Shown: positions 23,292-36,952 of the stretch, piece after piece | Layout: each line of letters opens with the position of its first letter | Position numbering within the stretch: the first letter of the stretch is position 1 | Source: Hemiscyllium ocellatum | Lineage: Eukaryota | DNA: 64,000 nt | Reading direction: 5' to 3' | Assembly (NCBI RefSeq): GCF_020745735.1 | Contig: NC_083416.1 | Coordinates: 44,479,131-44,543,130, forward strand | Made by a program: the position numbers and the translations under genes | Notes under the pieces: generated by a model | The model's database searches: none | Told to the model about the DNA's origin: nothing | The model's input: only the letters and a program-made list of their open reading frames with translations

Positions 23292-25170
23292 ATAGAGTCA
23301 TAGAGATGTACAGCATGGAAACAGACCCTTCGGTCCAACCTGTCCATGCTGACCAGAGATCCCAACCCAATCTAGTCCCACCTGCCAGCACCCGGCCCAT
23401 ATCCCTCCAAACCCTTCCTATTCATATACCCATCCAAATGCCTCTTAAATGTTGCAGTTGTACCAGCCTCCACTACATCCTCTGGCAGATCAATCCATAC
23501 ACGTACCACCCTCTGCGTGAAAAAGTTGCCCCTTAGGTCTCTTTTATATCTTTCCCCTCTCACCCTACACCTATGCCCTCTAGTTCTGGACTCCCTGACC
23601 CCAGTGAAAAGACTTTGTCTATTTATCCTATCTATGCCTCTCATAATTTTGTAAACCTCTATAAGGTCACCCCTCAGCCTCCGACGCTCCAGGGAAAACA
23701 GCCCCAGCCTGTTCAGCTTCTCCCTCGAGCTCAAATCCTCCAACCTTGGCAACATCCTTGTAAATCTTTTCTGAACCCTTTTAAGTTTCACAACATCTTT
23801 CCGATAGGAAGGAGAGCAGAATTGCACGCAATATTCCAACAGTGGCCTAACCAATGTCCTGTACAGCCGCAACATGACCTCCCAACTCCTGTACTCAGTA
23901 CTCTGACCAATAAAGGAAAGCATACCAAACACCTGCTTCACTATCCTATCTACCTGCGTCTCCACTTTCAAGGAGCTATGAACCTGCACTCCAAGGTCTC
24001 TTTGTTCAGCAACACTCCCTGGGACCTTACCATTAAATGTGTAAGTCCTGCTAAGATTTGCTTTCCCAAAATGCAGCACCTCGCATTCATCTGAATTAAA
24101 CACTATCTGCCACTTCTCAACCTATTTGGCCCATCTGGTCCAGATCCTGTTGTAATCTGAGGTAACCCTCTTTGCTGTCCACTACACCTCCAATTTTGGT
24201 GTCATCTGCAAATTTACTAACTGTACCTCTTATGCTCGCATCCAAATCATTTATGTAAATGACAAAAAGTAGAGGACCCAGCACTGATCCTTGTGGCACT
24301 CCACTGGTCACAGGCCTCCAGTCTGAAAAACAACCCTCCACCACCACCCTCTGTCTTCTATCTTTGAGCCAGTTCTGTATCCAAATGGCTAGTTATCCCT
24401 GTATTCCATGAGCTCTGACCTTGCTAATCAGTCTCCCATGGGAAACCTTGTCGAACGCCTTACTGAAGTCCATATAGATCACATCTACTGTTCTGCCCTC
24501 ATCAATCTTCTTTGTTACTTCTTCAAAAAACTCAGTCAAGTTTGTGAGACATGATTTCCCACGCACAAAGCCATGTTGACTATCCCTAATCAATCCTTGC
24601 CTTTCCAAATACATGTACATCCTGCCCCTCAGGATTCCCTCCAACAACTTGCCCACAACTGAGGTCAGGCTCACCGGTCTATAGTTCCCTGGCTTGTCTT
24701 TACCGCCCTTTTTAAACAGTGGCACCATGTTTGCCAACCTCCAGTCTTCCAGCACCTCACCTATGACTATCGATGATACAAATATCTCAGCAAGAGGCTC
24801 AGCAATCACTTCTCTAGCTTCCCACAAAGTTCTTGGGTACACCTGATCAGGTCCTGAGGATTTATCCACCTTTAACCATTTCAAGACATCCAGCACTTCC
24901 TCCTCTGTAATCTGGACATTTTGCAAGATGTAACCATCTATTTCCATATCTTCCATATCTTTTTCCACAGTAAATACTGATGCAAAATATTCATTTAGTA
25001 TCTCCCCCATTTTCTGTGGCTCCACATAAATGCCGCCTTGCTGATCTTTGAGGGGCCCACTTCTCTCCCTAGTTACCCTTTTGTCCTTAATATATTTGTA
25101 AAAACTCTTTGGATTCTCCTGAATTCTATTTGCCAAAACTTTCTCTTGTCCCCTTTTTGCAAATTCCAAG
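23292..25170 (-). mobile_element. Young 5'-truncated CR1 (HER1-like) LINE with ORF2 RT split into three ORFs
   Basis: ORFs 24393-25169, 24117-24347 and 23372-24103 contain [40 protein letters not shown] and FADD; GACTCTAT tail at 23292-23304. Confidence 0.97.
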
Positions 25171-25639
25171 ATTTTATGCCCTTTTCCTAGTTTTACTCAT
25201 TTGCAAACCCTGCTTACATTTTCTGGTTCTGTTTGGTTTGATTCTCTAATTATTTCAGAACATTGGCCATGCCTGTGCTGGGAAGACTGTAATGCTTATT
25301 GGCAAGCCTAGAATCCACATCCCAGTGTAGCAGGGCCATCTGCATCTCCAGGTAGGAGAGGTTCACTATGATTCTTAATAGCAAAACCTCTGTTGATTTT
25401 AAGAAACTAAATGATCAATCATAAGCAAATGATTTAGTACTTTGTAGAAAGCACAGAAGAGAATTATAATAAAATAATATGCTTTCTAATTGTGGTGAAC
25501 AAAGTTAATATTAAATTGGTAATGCTACAGGCCAATTTATCATACGAAGGCTTGCTAGTAAGTAGAGACTTAGATAGGTTTTGCACAATTTCTGGACAGC
25601 CATAGAACTGTTGGCAGTTTTCTCAACTTAGTATAGGAC

Positions 25640-26340
25640 AGTTTTCAGAGAACTATAGTGCAGAGTAGAGGAGGCCATTTGACCCCTGGTGCTAATGACT
25701 TCTTCTGTAACCCAATTACCCAGGTACATTTCATATTCCTGCTCTTCAAATATTTATCCTATTTCATTGAAAATTAATTTCCTCTGTCTCTCGACTGGCC
25801 CACTTATTATCATTCTCCTACCTTTTCTCCATTTCTTGCACATTGTTCTTCTTTAAATAATCATCTAGATGCAGTGCATCTAGACGCAAACCACTCACTG
25901 TGTGAGAATGTTTTTCCTCACATTACATTTGCTTCATTGGCAAATCACTTTAAATCTATGCCCTGTCATTCTTGATCCTTCTACTAGCTTGCTTCTAATT
26001 TTGAAAACTTCTATCAGATTTCCTGTTAGCTGCCTTTTCTTCAAGAAGAACAATCCCAACCCCTCCATTATATACACAGAAGTGAAATTTTTCATGCCTG
26101 TCAATTGCTTCAGTACTCTCATCGATGCATTCACAACCTTTCTTTAATATGATACCTAGAAAGTAAGGTTCCCAATACTGACGGCTGGGGAATTCCGCTA
26201 CAAACTTTCTCCAGCCCAAAACATTTGCTGTTGACCATTACTATTTGTTTCCTATTACACCGCCAGTTTTGTAACCATATTCCAGTACTGTAACGACTTA
26301 GTGGGAAAAAAAACTTCCTACCCTTGGTCAAGTTTCCCAC
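25640..26340 (-). mobile_element. Old CR1 fragments
   Basis: ORFs 25934-26134 (GNLIEVFKI...GHRFKV) and 26131-26340 (SGIPQPSVLG). Confidence 0.75.
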
Positions 26341-26534
26341 TCAGCACACTACCTATTGCATTAAACTTAACTTAAAACGCCTTTTCTTTCCCTGATGCGT
26401 GCTCCCAAGTTGAACTAGATTTGCCAATATGCTGTCTCTGTCTCCCTTTCTCGAACACTGACCATACACCCTTAGTCTTTTTATCACCAATGTACAGCAA
26501 TTATTTATGATAAATTTTAAAAACGTGTCATCCT

Positions 26535-27015
26535 CATAGAGTCAGAGAGATGTACTGCACCAAAACAGACCCTTCGGTCCAACCCATCCATGCCGACCAG
26601 ATATTCCAACCCAATCTAGTCCCACCTGCCAGCACCCAGCCCATATCTCTCCAAACCCTTCCTATTATATACCCACCCAAATGCCTTTTAAATGTTGCAA
26701 TTGTACTAGCCTCTACCACTTTCTCAGGCAACTTATTCCATACACGTCCCACCCTCTGCGTGAAAAGTTGCCCCTTAGGTATCTTTTATATCTTTCCCCT
26801 CTCACCCTGAACCAATGCCCTCTAGTTCTGGACTACTCCACCCCAGGAAAAAAAGCTTTGTCTATTTATCCTCTCCATGACCCTCATGATTTTGTAAACC
26901 TCTATAAGGTCACCCCTCAGCCTCCATCGCTGAAGGGAAAACAGCCACAGCCTGTTCAGCCTGTCCCTGTAGCTCAAATCCTCCAATCCTGGCAACATCC
27001 TTTTAATCTTTTCTA
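26535..27015 (-). mobile_element. Young CR1 3' fragment
   Basis: Near-identical to 23298-23773. Confidence 0.95.
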
Positions 27016-27084
27016 ACTCCTTTCTATATTTCTTTATTCTTTCTAATTGTTTGGGGCAGACTTGAGCAAATAAGCATAAACTGG

Positions 27085-27430
27085 GGTGACGCGATGGCTC
27101 AGTCGTTAGCACTTCTGCCTCACAGGGCCAGGGGCCCAGGTTCGATTCGAACCTCAGGTGACTATGTGGAGCTTGCATCTTCTCCCCATGTCTGCATGGG
27201 TTTCCTCTGGGTGTATGGTTTCCTCCTACAATCCAAAGATGAGCAGGTGAGGTGGATTGGCCTTGCTAAATTGCCTCTACTGTCCAGGGATGTGCAGGCT
27301 AGGTTGGTTAGCCAAGGGAAATGCAGGAGTGGGGTAGGGTGTGTGGATCTGGTTTGGATGCTCTTTGGAGGGTCGGTATGGACTTGATGAGCCAAATGGC
27401 CTATTTCCAGGGATTCTATGTTGATTCTAA
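27085..27430 (+). mobile_element. HE1-like V-SINE
   Basis: A box TGGCTCAGTCG, B box GGTTCGATTC, V-domain TCTCCCCATGTCTGCATGGGTTTCCTCTGGGTG and CR1-like tail. Confidence 0.9.
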
Positions 27431-27929
27431 ATTGGAATTAATTGTTTTGTGTCCAACTAAAGGTTCCTATATTATGTACCATGAATAGATCTTGGACCAG
27501 TTTACAAAAACAGTTCACAAAAATGTCTTCCAAGTAAAGTTTTTGAAATGAGAACTGTCATTACAGTTATATACTGTACATATATGTACCCAAGACTAAA
27601 ATGCTTTCCTATAAACACTGCAGGATACCAACCTCTATTTGAGCACACTTCATCTTTTCAATATTTTTCTATAATACCAACAATATTCACATCAGAAATA
27701 TTAAGACTTGTTTTATTGTTGCTTGGGCAATTCTTTTGCTCATTGTAGTTATTTAATATCCAATAAAAGATAAAGTTCCTCATTATATTAAACTTGATAT
27801 CTTGATACTCTTTTAGAACTTGTTGAGAGAGCAAGGAGTTAACTAGGTGTTGGGGTTAATTAAAAATTCATTGACTAAGTAGATACCAAGGGGAATAGGT
27901 GAGACAGATGTAAGTTTGAGTAATTTGAA

Positions 27930-28040
27930 GCTATTGTGATGCAGTGGTAGTATCCCTACCAATGGGCCAGGAGGCCTGGGTTCAAGTTCCACTTGCTCAA
28001 GAGATGTGTAGTAGCATCTCTAAATCTGGTTAATGCAAAG
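27930..28040 (+). mobile_element. Short tRNA-derived SINE
   Basis: GCAGTGGTAGTATCCCTACC...GGGTTCAAGTTCC; member of the four-copy family. Confidence 0.65.
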
Positions 28041-29699
28041 CTATCATAAGATTAAGCAGTTAATAGCCTCAATTTTAAAAGAAAAATGACTTGGTTTTCT
28101 CTCTCACTGGCTTGAATTAGGTTTGACATTAGTAGCGGAGGATGGTTTCCTAGAGATGAATGTTGGAAACTAAGAGTTTCGGATAGAAGTTGCGTTGGAG
28201 AAGAAAGGCAGAAACCAAGTGCAAAGTGCCAGGATCTGACTTCCCACCAGAGTGGATGTATGAACCTGGGTCATATTTTTGTGACGTTATTGCTTTCTAC
28301 TAGAAGCAAGATCGGGTGTGATGTTTTCAAATATCTGTAGGTTCAACAATTGGACACTGAAGAAGGCTTGGAAATTTTACTAAAATTTATGAACAGAATT
28401 TATAGAAAGTTAATACATCTATTAAATGAATGTGAGGCATGATCAGATTTTGATAAATTCTGAGGGAAGAATGGATGTTCAATAAAATAATGCATCATAG
28501 TTAAGAGCCTATATGCAAGATTGCACAACTTTGTTTGGAGATTCTGTATTCAGTGCTTGCCTTTAAATTGTTGAAATGTGCTATGTGTCAACCATAAATA
28601 GGAATCCTAGTATTAATTGAAAGATGCAGTCAGAAAAGTTAAAATAATTTCTGGCAAAACAACCATTCCCAGCTGTCTTCATTCTTCAGATGGGACATTT
28701 GGCTGTAATACAGGATTCAATAATAGCGGCAATGCAAAACTACCCAAATACAGACTAAAAGCATCAAAAGAAGAATCATAATTAAAAGTTGTAAGGATAG
28801 AACTGCCTCTGGTAATTATAACAGTAACAGTATGGAGGAGCTGTAATAAAAGAATAATTGCCAAGAATGCCTGGGATTTGGTCAACAGATGATTTAGATG
28901 TGACTCAAAATAATATTATGCAATGAATTGTTCGAAATGGAAAAACGAGGTTTTAAAAATTACATGACACAAAACATTTTGCATTAGAATGTGGTGAGAA
29001 TGATCAGGCAGAGGAAATTGTACTAGTTACTAAATGAATTTTGTTGAAAAGTTATGGAGAGCATTTGATAAAATGTTACCTAAATTCCTTAAAAGAAGAT
29101 CAGGACAAGAGTAAGGTTAAGGAATTTCAGAGTTCTTTATGCTTCAGGTTTGGGTTGGCAACATATTGATATCAGTTCAAAAAAATCACTGTAATATAGC
29201 TGGGGAAAACCATTTTCTCAGCACAGACAGTGTCAGTGAAGTACCCTTACAACTAACAGCTCTGAAGAAAAAGGTTCAGACAAAGCTGGGCATTGAACAT
29301 GACAAGGTAATTGTTTTAAGACAGCCAGGGGGGCTACAGATTCAACAATCCAGGCATTAATGAGATCTGTTAACAAGCCCTCACTTCTCTAATCAAAATA
29401 TTAAGCAGGTATTGTTAGTATCAGGAAATGTGAGTATAAAAGAAAAAAGGCTAATTATCTTCCAACTACTTGAGCAGTTTATTCATCCAGCTTTTCACAA
29501 GTTAAAAATCCTACTGAAAGGTACAGGGCTAAGGGCTAGGAGAACACCAAACAAACAGAAGAGATCAATGACAACTGTGCCATATGTCAAACAAAAAGGA
29601 GGGCAACATCACAACAGTCCATTGTGAGTCACCCATTAGCAAGGGATTTGTAGCAATGAACTGGAAAGAATGGGATAAGGGAAAAACAGTCATTGCACA

Positions 29700-30400
29700 T
29701 TTCATAGACACAGCATTGAGATTTAGTCAGCTTCCAACAATGTATAGTAAAGACAAAAGAATAAGGCAAATGGAATTTGGCATTTTTTCCTAAAGAAAAA
29801 GAGAAAACAAGTATGGAAGTGTTATTGCAAAAGTACAAGGCATTAGTAAGACTGCACCAGGAGTATTGTCTACAATTTGGTCCCCTTACTTGAGGATGGG
29901 TGTAGTTGTATTGAAGGCATTTCAGAGGAGATTCAGTAGATTGATTCCAGAGACTAATGAGTTTGATTTATGAAGAGAGATTGAGTGGTTTAGGCCTATA
30001 CTGTCTGGAATTTAGAAGAATGAAAAGAAGTCTATTGAGGTATATAAGATGCTAAAGGGGATTGGCAACATAGATGTGGATTGGATGTTTCCTCATGGGT
30101 CATTTAGAATAAGAAGTCATTGTTTTAGAGTAAGGTATTACAAATTTAAAATACAAGGAGAAATTGCTTCTCTCATATGGTTATAAATCTGTGGAATTCC
30201 CTACCCAAGAGTGCTGGGGTGCTGGGACTGAGTAAATTTGTGGAGAAGATCACTAGAATTAATAATTAGTTGACAGGTTATGGAGAGCAGGTAAGGAAAT
30301 GGAGATGAGGCTGAGATGTGATCAGCCATAATCATATCAAATGGTAAGCAGGCTCAAGGGCTGAATTGCCTACTCCTGCTCCTAGCGCTTATATTCTGAC
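29700..30400 (+). mobile_element. Old CR1 3' part
   Basis: Decayed RT C-terminus and 3' UTR GGCTGAATTGCCTACTCCTGCTCCTA. Confidence 0.75.
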
Positions 30401-30739
30401 GGTAGTGGGCAAGATATTGAGGAATGAATAGAGTCTAGACTTGCGCACCAGCCTAAATTCTTAACTGACAATGACGGGTTTTTTGCTTGTGATGAATTTA
30501 AAGATATGTGTGAAATATGAACTTTCTGTTAATAAACACAGCATTGAAGAATCTATTTAATCTTGGAGTTTGTGAATGAATCAAACAGTCTTTGATGCAA
30601 TGCTTCATGAAATCCTAGTGAAACAACAAAGTTGTAAATTAACACCTGCCATGGCAAAGGTTATCCGTACAAAAGCTCGCTGCAAACCGTTGGGGGACTA
30701 CAGTTCACTTCATTTATTTTTAAGGAGAAATCCAAACAT

Positions 30740-32600
30740 TGAAAGTGTATTAGTAAGGGAGTATTTTGGAGATAGTAACTATTTTTCAATTAGATTTAGC
30801 ATAGTTATGGAAAAGGATGAGGATGTGCCAGGCACAAAAGTTCTAATCTTGGGAAAAGGTTAATTTACTCAGTAAGATATGATTTGGTCCAAGTAGACTA
30901 AATAGTGTCACTCAAAGAAGAAGCAGCAAGTGTATATAGCAAATATGTTTCCAAAAGGAAAAGGGGTGGAACCATGAGAACCAGAGAACCCGGGATGTCA
31001 AGTAATATAAAGATCAGGATTAAGGAAAAAACAAGAGCTTCTGATGGATGCTGAGGTCTCAATATAGCAGTTCTGAGAGGAGTAGAAAAAGTGGTGAACA
31101 AAAGGATATTAGGCAAGCAAAGGGAATGCTGGGGAAAGCATTGGCATATTTAATAAAGAAAACACAAAGGGATTTGTTTTTTTTAAATATAAAGAATAAC
31201 AGCATAACTAACGAAAGAATAGGGACATAGAAATAATCTGTGCATGGACTTAGATGAAATAGGCACAATCTTTAATGAATACTGCACATCATAATATACA
31301 GCTTTCGCAATGGAAAGGATAATGCAGTCAAATACCAAGACTGTGAAATATTAGAAATTATTATAGAGCAAGAGAGATAGGAGATCTTAAGTGTTTATCA
31401 GCCTTAAAAGTGAATAAAACTGCAGGCCCATATGTGAGGGTTCCCCAGCTGTTGATGGAGGCAAGGGAGGAGATATCACAGGCCCTGGAAATAATTTCCA
31501 AAACCTCCTTGGCCACAGGTGAGGAACCAGAGGACAGGAGGATTGCTAATGTTGTTCTGTTGTTATAAAATTTAGGAAAGGCTAGAGCAGGAAGTTACAG
31601 GCAAATCTGATTAAGCTCATTAGTGGGAAGTTATTCAAAAGCATTCTGAGGAACAGAATATATTGGCACTTGAATAGACACTGATTATTTAGGGATAGTG
31701 AGGATGGTTTTGTTTAGGGGAGGTTGTGTTTGACAAGTTTGTTTAATGTTTTTAAAAGAGCTAGCCAGGTGGTTAATAAGGTAATGCATTTGATGTAGTC
31801 CACATGGACTTTAGCAAGGCTATTGATAGGAGCTTCAATGTAGACTGGTCACGAAAATAAAAGCTCATGGGGTCCAAAGCCAAGTGGTATGCTGGATTCA
31901 AAATGAGCTGAGAACCAGGAAACATTGGGTACTGGTAGCGGAATGTTTCTACGACTGAAACTTTGTTTCCAGTGGATTATTCAGTTCTTTGTGCTGGGAA
32001 TCTTGCTGTTGATGGTGTTCATTAATGATTTGGAATTAAAAATAGGGAGTACAATTAAGAAGTTTATGGCTAACACAAAAATTAGTAGGTTGGTAAATAA
32101 TGCTGAGGACAAATGTAAGTTGCAGGGGGATATCAATGGACTGGTTAGTTCAGCAGAGAAGTAGCAAACGGAATTCAACCCAGAAAATTGTGATGTAATA
32201 CACTTGAGGACTAACAAGGCAAGGGATTACACTAGGAATGACCGGACCCTGAAAGCACTGAAAATCAAAGGGATCTTAGTAGGTATTTCTACTGGTCCCT
32301 GCACATACATAAGATGGTTAAGAAAACATATGAGATACTTGCCTTTCTTACCCAAGGCATAGGGTACAAGAGCTAGGAAGTTAAACTTTGCTGTGAAATG
32401 TTGGTTAGGCTACAACTGGAATCCCTGTCATTATAGAAAGGATACAATTGCTCTGGAGATTGTGCAGAGGAGATTTCCCACTGCAAGGACTGGAGAGTCT
32501 GAACTATGAGTCTGGATACTCTGGCCTTGTTTACCTTGGCACAGTGAAGATTGAGAGGGCACCTTCTGTGTTGTAAATGTCTATGAGTATAAGGCCATCA
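30740..32600 (+). mobile_element. Old long CR1 (EN-RT remnant)
   Basis: VREYFGDSNYFSIRFSIVMEKD (ORF 30576) and FINDLELKIGSTIKKFMANTKI (ORF 31925). Confidence 0.85.
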
Positions 32601-33059
32601 GAAATACATTTTATTCTGGTCAGATAGATATTACAAAAAAGAAAAAGAAAGAGAACAGGGGTAATGTTGGAGTAGTGATGGAGAAACAGTAATTTTACAG
32701 AATGGCAATCAAACTGTTAGTTTATGTTCCTTGAAGTTAATTAACTGATCTTACATTTTACAGAATCTGAGCACATCATAGAAATTGATGACACCCTGCG
32801 CTTCATATATATTTAATGGGGAATTATGTACTCACTGTCACTTTCTCAAAGGCAACAAAGAACGGGCAATAAGTGCTGACCCTTCTGTCAAGGTGCACAT
32901 CTTATGAAAGAATAAACAATGCTTTGCAACTTGGGGTGGGCATAAACAGAACTTCAGCACACTTACTGAGGGCCTGTACACAATAACACAGCTGGCCATC
33001 AGTCAAAAGCAAACTTGGCAACATATTTTTCTTCTAAAAAATTTTCACATCATTTTTCT

Positions 33060-33510
33060 ACAGACCTAGTCCATTTTCAATTTTCAGGTGAAATGAAAGA
33101 TTGGCTCAGGTAACCACCTGACAACAAGAGTGGATTATGAGCCAGACGCAACAAGACTAAAGTACCTCATACCTAATGACCAATTTCTTACCTGCAATGT
33201 TCAGAAATTGTTTTCATGTGCCCAAATTCTATTTAAGAATTATTACACATTCTTTACAGTTTTTAGTGTACACACTGACATTTCCAAATCATATCCTTTC
33301 ATTTCCTGATAATCTGATCTGGTAGTGAAGGTGACAAAGGATAGAAATCTGGCCTTACTCAAACTGTAATTTACTCCGACCTTGGAGACCAGTTCTGACT
33401 GGTCATAGATGTGTATCAGTATGCAGTGAATTTGAACGGAACATGACAACATCATCCATGCATAGGGTGTCTCTGACTTGAGCACCTCCACTCCTGGGTT
33501 TTTCACTAAT
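33060..33510 (-). mobile_element. Decayed L1/Tx1-clade RT fragment
   Basis: Frameshifted LCMDDVVMF...IYDQSELVSKVGVN resembles the Tx1-type LYMDDVxVF...CDQFELASGAKVN region. Confidence 0.5.
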
Positions 33511-33514
33511 AGAA

Positions 33515-35700
33515 GCAGAAAACACAAAGTAGAAGCAGATGTAGGCCATTTGGTATTTTGAGCCTGCTCCACCAACCAATCTGATCATGGCTGATCATCC
33601 AGTTCATTACCCTGTTCCCAATTTACTTGCATACCCTTTGATCCCTTTAGCCGAAAGAAATGTTTCAACACCTTGAAAATAATTAGTGTTTTCACAACTG
33701 CTTTCTGTGGTAGAGAATTCCACAGACTCCTCACTCTCTGGGTGAAACTACTACTCATCTCAGTCTTAAATTGTCCACCTGGTATCTTTAAACTATAATC
33801 TCTGATACTGGACTCCCTGGTCATCAGAGGCATCCTTCCTGCGTTTACTCTGTCTGGTCATTTTGGAATTTTACATAATATTTCTATAATATTCTACACC
33901 TCTCCCTCTCTGCCCCCCCCCCCCCATTCTTGTAAACTCCAGTGAACATAACCCTATCTGATCTTGTTGCTATTCATATGACAGTCCTGCCATTTTAGGT
34001 GTCAGTCTAATAAATCATCATTACTCTCCCTCCATGACCAGAATATCCTTCCTCAGATAAGACCAAAACTGCACACAATACTCTAGGTGTGGTCTCATCA
34101 AGGTCCTTTACAATTGCAGCAAGCTGCTCTTGGACTCCATTCCTCCCATTATGAAGGCCAACATACCTCCCATTATGAAGGCCAACATATCTTGCCTTCT
34201 CCACCATTTGCAGCACCTACATACTTATTTTCAGCAACTGGTGGACAACCACACAGTGGGTTTTTTTGCACATTCCCTTTTCCAAACCAATCAACATTCA
34301 GATAATAATCCGCCTTCCTGCTTTTACTACCAAAGTAGATAGCCTATCATTTAGCCACATTATGCTTCACCCGCCATGCATTTGCCTAATCGCTCAACTT
34401 GTCCAAATGACACTGAATTATCTCTGCATCCTTCTCACAACTCATCCTCCCACCCAACTTTGTGTCATCTGCAAAATATGGAGATATTACAATTAGATCC
34501 ATTGGTTAAAGCATGAATATATATTGTGAAATCCATGCAGTATCCCATTAGTCACAGCCAGCCACTCACAAAAGACCCATTTATTCCTATTCTTTGATTT
34601 CTGTCTATCAACCAGTTTTCTATCCATCAGTACACTACCTCCAATTTTACATACTAATCTCTTGTATGAGACCTTATCAAAATCACCTAAATGTCAAAGG
34701 TAACCACATCTACTGGCTCTCCCTTATCAATTCTACTAGCTATACCCTCTCAAAATTCCACTAGATTTGTCAAGCATGATTTTCCTTTAATAACACATAT
34801 TGGCTCTCATTCAATCCTATCACTGTTTTCCAAATGCTCTATTATTAAACCTTTTATAATGGACTCTAGCATTTTTCTTTTACAGATGTCAGGCTGACTA
34901 GCCCATAATTTCCTGTTTTATCTTTACCTCCTGTTTTAAATAGTGGAGTTACATTAGTAACCCTCCAATCCTTAGGATTCAGAATCCATAGATGATCACC
35001 AATGCATCTACTATTTTTAGGCCACTTCTTTTAAAAATCTGGAATGTGAATTATTGGGTCCTTATGAATCGCATCAATTTTCCCAATATCTTTTCCCTAC
35101 TGATCATAATTTTCTAAGTTTATCCCTCTCACTATACCCTGTGTTCCCCAATATTCTTGGGCATTATTTGTGTTTTGTTTTGTGAAGGCAGAAGCAAAGT
35201 ATGTATTTAATTGCTCTACAATCACTTAGTTCCCCATTATAACTTCCACTATTTCTGACTGTAAGGGACCTATATCGTCTTCATTAATCCTTTCTTCTTC
35301 ACATACCTTTGGAGGCTTTAACAGTCAGTTTGTATAGTCCCCACCAACTTTCTCTCATACTCTATTTCCCCCTTCTTAATCAATCTGTTTGTCCTCCTTT
35401 GCTGAAGTCTAAACTGCTCCAAATTCCCTGGTTTGCTACTTTTTGTTTGGCCAATTTGACTATCTCTTCTAAGGATCTAATACTATCCCTAATTTCCTTG
35501 GTTACCCATGGTCAGGCACCTTGTGATTCCTCCATGCACTCTTTAAATGTTTGCTATTGCCTGTCCACATCATATCTTCATGTTTTGTTCCCTAAGTTAT
35601 CATAGCCAGTTTGCACCCTATGCAATCTTTGTTTTCTTTATTTAGATTTAGGACTCTCACCTCAGAATCCACTATGTCACACTCTAACTTAATTAATCTT
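33515..35700 (-). mobile_element. Old long CR1
   Basis: CR1 3' UTR at 33520-33650; GTGTCATCTGCAAA (FADD reversed) near 34462; homology continues to about 35700. Confidence 0.85.
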
Positions 35701-35800
35701 TATCTTTCCTGGTTGACTTAGCAAATATTTCAATGCAATACATGTATAAAACGGAAATGGAAGCCCTGTCCTACTCCAGATGTGATCAAATAGCTTTCCA

Positions 35801-36952
35801 ACCTCCTAACTCATGTAGCAATTTTCTGACCAATAAAGGAAAGCATACCAAACACCTTCTTCACTATCCTATCTACCTGCAACTCCACCTTCAAGGAGCG
35901 ATGAACCTGCACTCCAAGGCCTCTTTGTTCAGCAACACTCCTTAGGACCTTACCATTAAGTGTATAAGTCCTGCTAAGATTTGCTTTCCCAAAATGCAGC
36001 ACCTCACCTGAATTAAACTCCATCTGCCACTTCTCAGCCCATTGGCCATTTTGTCAAGATCCTGTTGTAATCTGAGGTAACCCTCTTTGCTGTCCACTAC
36101 ACCTCCAATTTTGGAGTCATCTGCAAACTTAGTAACCCTACCTCTTATGCTCGCATCCAAGTCATTTATATAAATGACAAAAAGTAGAGGACCAGCACCG
36201 ATCCTTGTGGCACTCCACTGGTCACAGGCCTCCAGTCTGAAAAACAACCCTTCACCACCACCCTCTGTCTTCTACCTTTGAGCCAGTTCTGTATTCACAT
36301 GGCTAGTTCTCCCTGTATTCTGTGAGATCTAATCTTGCGAACCAGTCTCCCATGGGGAACTTTGTGGAACTCCTTACTGAAGTTCAGGTCATTGGTTAGG
36401 CCACTGTTGGAATATTGTGTGCAATTCTGGTCTCCTTCCTATCGGAAAGATGTTGTGAAACTTGAAAGGGTTCAGAAAAGATATAGAAGGATGTTGCCAG
36501 GGTTGGAGGATTTGAGCTATAAGGAGAGGCTGGACAGGCTGGGGCTGTTTTCCCTGGAACGTCGGAGGCTGAGGGGTGACCTTATAGAGGTTTACAAAAT
36601 TATGAGGGGCATGGATTGGGTAAATAGACAAAGTCTTTTCCATGGGGTCAGGGGATCCAGAACTAGAGGGCTTAGGTTTAGGGTGAGAGGGGAAAGATAT
36701 AAAAGAGACCTAAGGGGCAACGTTTGACACAGAGGGTGGTATGTGTATGGAATGAGCTGCCAGAGGAAGTGGTGGAGGCTGGTAAAATGGCAACATTTAA
36801 AAGGCACTTGGATGGTTATATGAATAGGAAGGGTTTGAAGGGATATGCGCCGGGTGCTGGCAGGTGGGACTAGATTGGGTTGGGATATCTGGTCGGCATG
36901 GACGGGTTGGACTGAAGGGTCTGTTCCCATGCTGTACGTCTCTGTGACTCTG
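35801..36952 (+). mobile_element. Young CR1 with 5' inversion (35801-36385 antisense, 36386-36952 sense)
   Basis: The two arms map to adjacent, non-overlapping parts of the 23.3-25.2 kb copy; tail TCTGTGACTCTG at about 36941-36952. Confidence 0.9.

Noticed and set aside
23573-24094. 173-aa + strand ORF and similar ORFs (23306, 26550, 26681, 36389, 36592, 62777)
   Set aside because: Antisense shadows of CR1 ORF2 or its 3' UTR, repeated in every copy; not host genes.
25864-25884. Perfect palindrome TCTAGATGCA-G-TGCATCTAGA
   Set aside because: Explained by duplication of a self-complementary unit within an old CR1.
27085-27160. tRNA-like A and B boxes (also at 27930, 45440, 47015, 60030)
   Set aside because: SINE heads; no complete cloverleaf, so not called as tRNA genes.
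28690-28785. Acceptor-like TTCTTCAG followed by a short open frame (DGTFGCNTGFNNSG...)
   Set aside because: Frames close quickly, there is no convincing donor, and no product was recognised.
34142-34189. 24-bp tandem duplication CCTCCCATTATGAAGGCCAACATA
   Set aside because: Local slippage inside a dead CR1.
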